Origin: Candidatus Peribacteria bacterium
Lineage (GTDB): Bacteria > Patescibacteriota > Gracilibacteria > UBA1369 > UBA12463
DNA length: 58,950 nucleotides
Assembly (NCBI GenBank): GCA_943349045.1
Contig: CALQZC010000001.1
Location: 1 to 58,950 of the forward strand
Direction: 5' to 3'
The notes under the pieces are model-generated. The model saw only the letters and a program-made list of their open reading frames with translations, was not told the origin of the DNA and searched no databases. Of the stretch, positions 58,301 to 58,950 are shown piece after piece. Each line of letters opens with the position of its first letter. Positions within the stretch are counted from its first letter, which is position 1. The position numbers and the translations under genes were made by a program.

Positions 58301-58950
58301 ATGGCAAAAAAAGATAAGAAAACAGCCGCAAAAACAAAAAAGCCAGTCGCAAAAGTATCCAAACCCGTCGTCAAGGCAAAGCCAAAGAAGCCAGCTCCAA
58401 AGGCTGCCTCAAAGCCAGTTGCTAAGAAAGCAGCAGCTCTGGTTAAAGTTGCCTCAAAACCAGCTTCAAAGCCAGTAGTAACCATCAAAAAGGCTCCTGC
58501 TCCAGCCGCAAAGCCAGTTGCGAGTGTAAAGGCACCAGAGAAGCGCTCCGGCCCTTCCCATGAAATTATCAAGCCATCAAACCTGAATACGGACGTTTTT
58601 GACCTTCAGAATGAGAAAATCCGTAACTATTATACCCCAAGTCTCGACAATACCGTCCAGCTTCCGAACCTGATCGAGATTCAGCTCGACTCCTATAAGT
58701 GGTTCCTCGAACAGGGTATCCGTGAACTCCTCGATGAAATTAACCCAATCTCAGACTTCTCGGGAAAGAAGCTCGAGATGCACTTCCTTGACCACACCCT
58801 CGGTGAAATCAAGTACGACGCAGAAACGGCACGACAGAAAAATATCACCTACGAAGCACCGCTGAAGGTTCACGTTCAGCTCATCAACAAAGCAACGGGA
58901 GAAATCAAGGAGCAGGATGTGTTCCTTGGCTCTATTCCTCTTATGACGAA
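58301..58950 (+). CDS. rpoB: RNA polymerase beta subunit, 5' part running off the window, with K/A/P-rich N-terminal extension
   Basis: Absent from the ORF track; manual translation gives LPNLIEIQLDSYKWFL..GIRELLDEINPI.DF, TYEAPLKV, EIKEQDVFLGSIPLMT. Confidence 0.96.
   Translation, partial: MAKKDKKTAAKTKKPVAKVSKPVVKAKPKKPAPKAASKPVAKKAAALVKVASKPASKPVVTIKKAPAPAAKPVASVKAPEKRSGPSHEIIKPSNLNTDVFDLQNEKIRNYYTPSLDNTVQLPNLIEIQLDSYKWFLEQGIRELLDEINPISDFSGKKLEMHFLDHTLGEIKYDAETARQKNITYEAPLKVHVQLINKATGEIKEQDVFLGSIPLMT

Noticed and set aside
58141..58572. 143-aa minus-strand A/F/G-rich ORF
   Set aside because: It is the reverse complement of the K/A/P-rich RpoB tail.

Overview
Bacterial chromosomal window, most consistent with a Patescibacteria/CPR genome. 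It looks Peregrinibacteria-like by inference from the short HrcA, CPR-type FtsL, class II RNR, many orphan genes and C-rich pre-start sequences with no Shine-Dalgarno. Genetic code 11: no in-frame TGA in housekeeping genes. Backbone genes: ferredoxin, nrdJ with tandem NrdR boxes, comEC, groES-groEL with CIRCE, rny, LCP/pseudouridine synthase/DD-carboxypeptidase/mraY, ECF sigma with FecR-type partner, fbp, class I aldolase, rsmH-ftsL, tsaC, gap, hrcA-grpE, dnaK with CIRCE, serS and the 5' part of rpoB. Accessory content: two paralogous HNH-like genes, an exonuclease/BRO insert bracketed by a ~50-bp imperfect repeat, MntA-HepT, and an island between dnaK and serS (Trypco2-like, HTH-Panacea plus RelE-like toxin, SWIM, beta-helix surface protein, HicBA, truncated KilA-N, RhuM, pseudogene). 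No tRNA, rRNA, CRISPR array or recognisable transposase/integrase was seen. Best leads: (1) an HNH gene inside a perfect 13-bp direct repeat, sharing 3' flank motifs with its paralog (candidate transposase-less mobile unit); (2) two unrelated orphans both ending in an ssrA-like LRLAA degron; (3) a histone-H1-like N-terminal tail fused to RpoB; (4) a rod-like structured RNA candidate upstream of an RNase Y with altered HD-domain residues. All family calls come from motif recognition by eye, with no database search.
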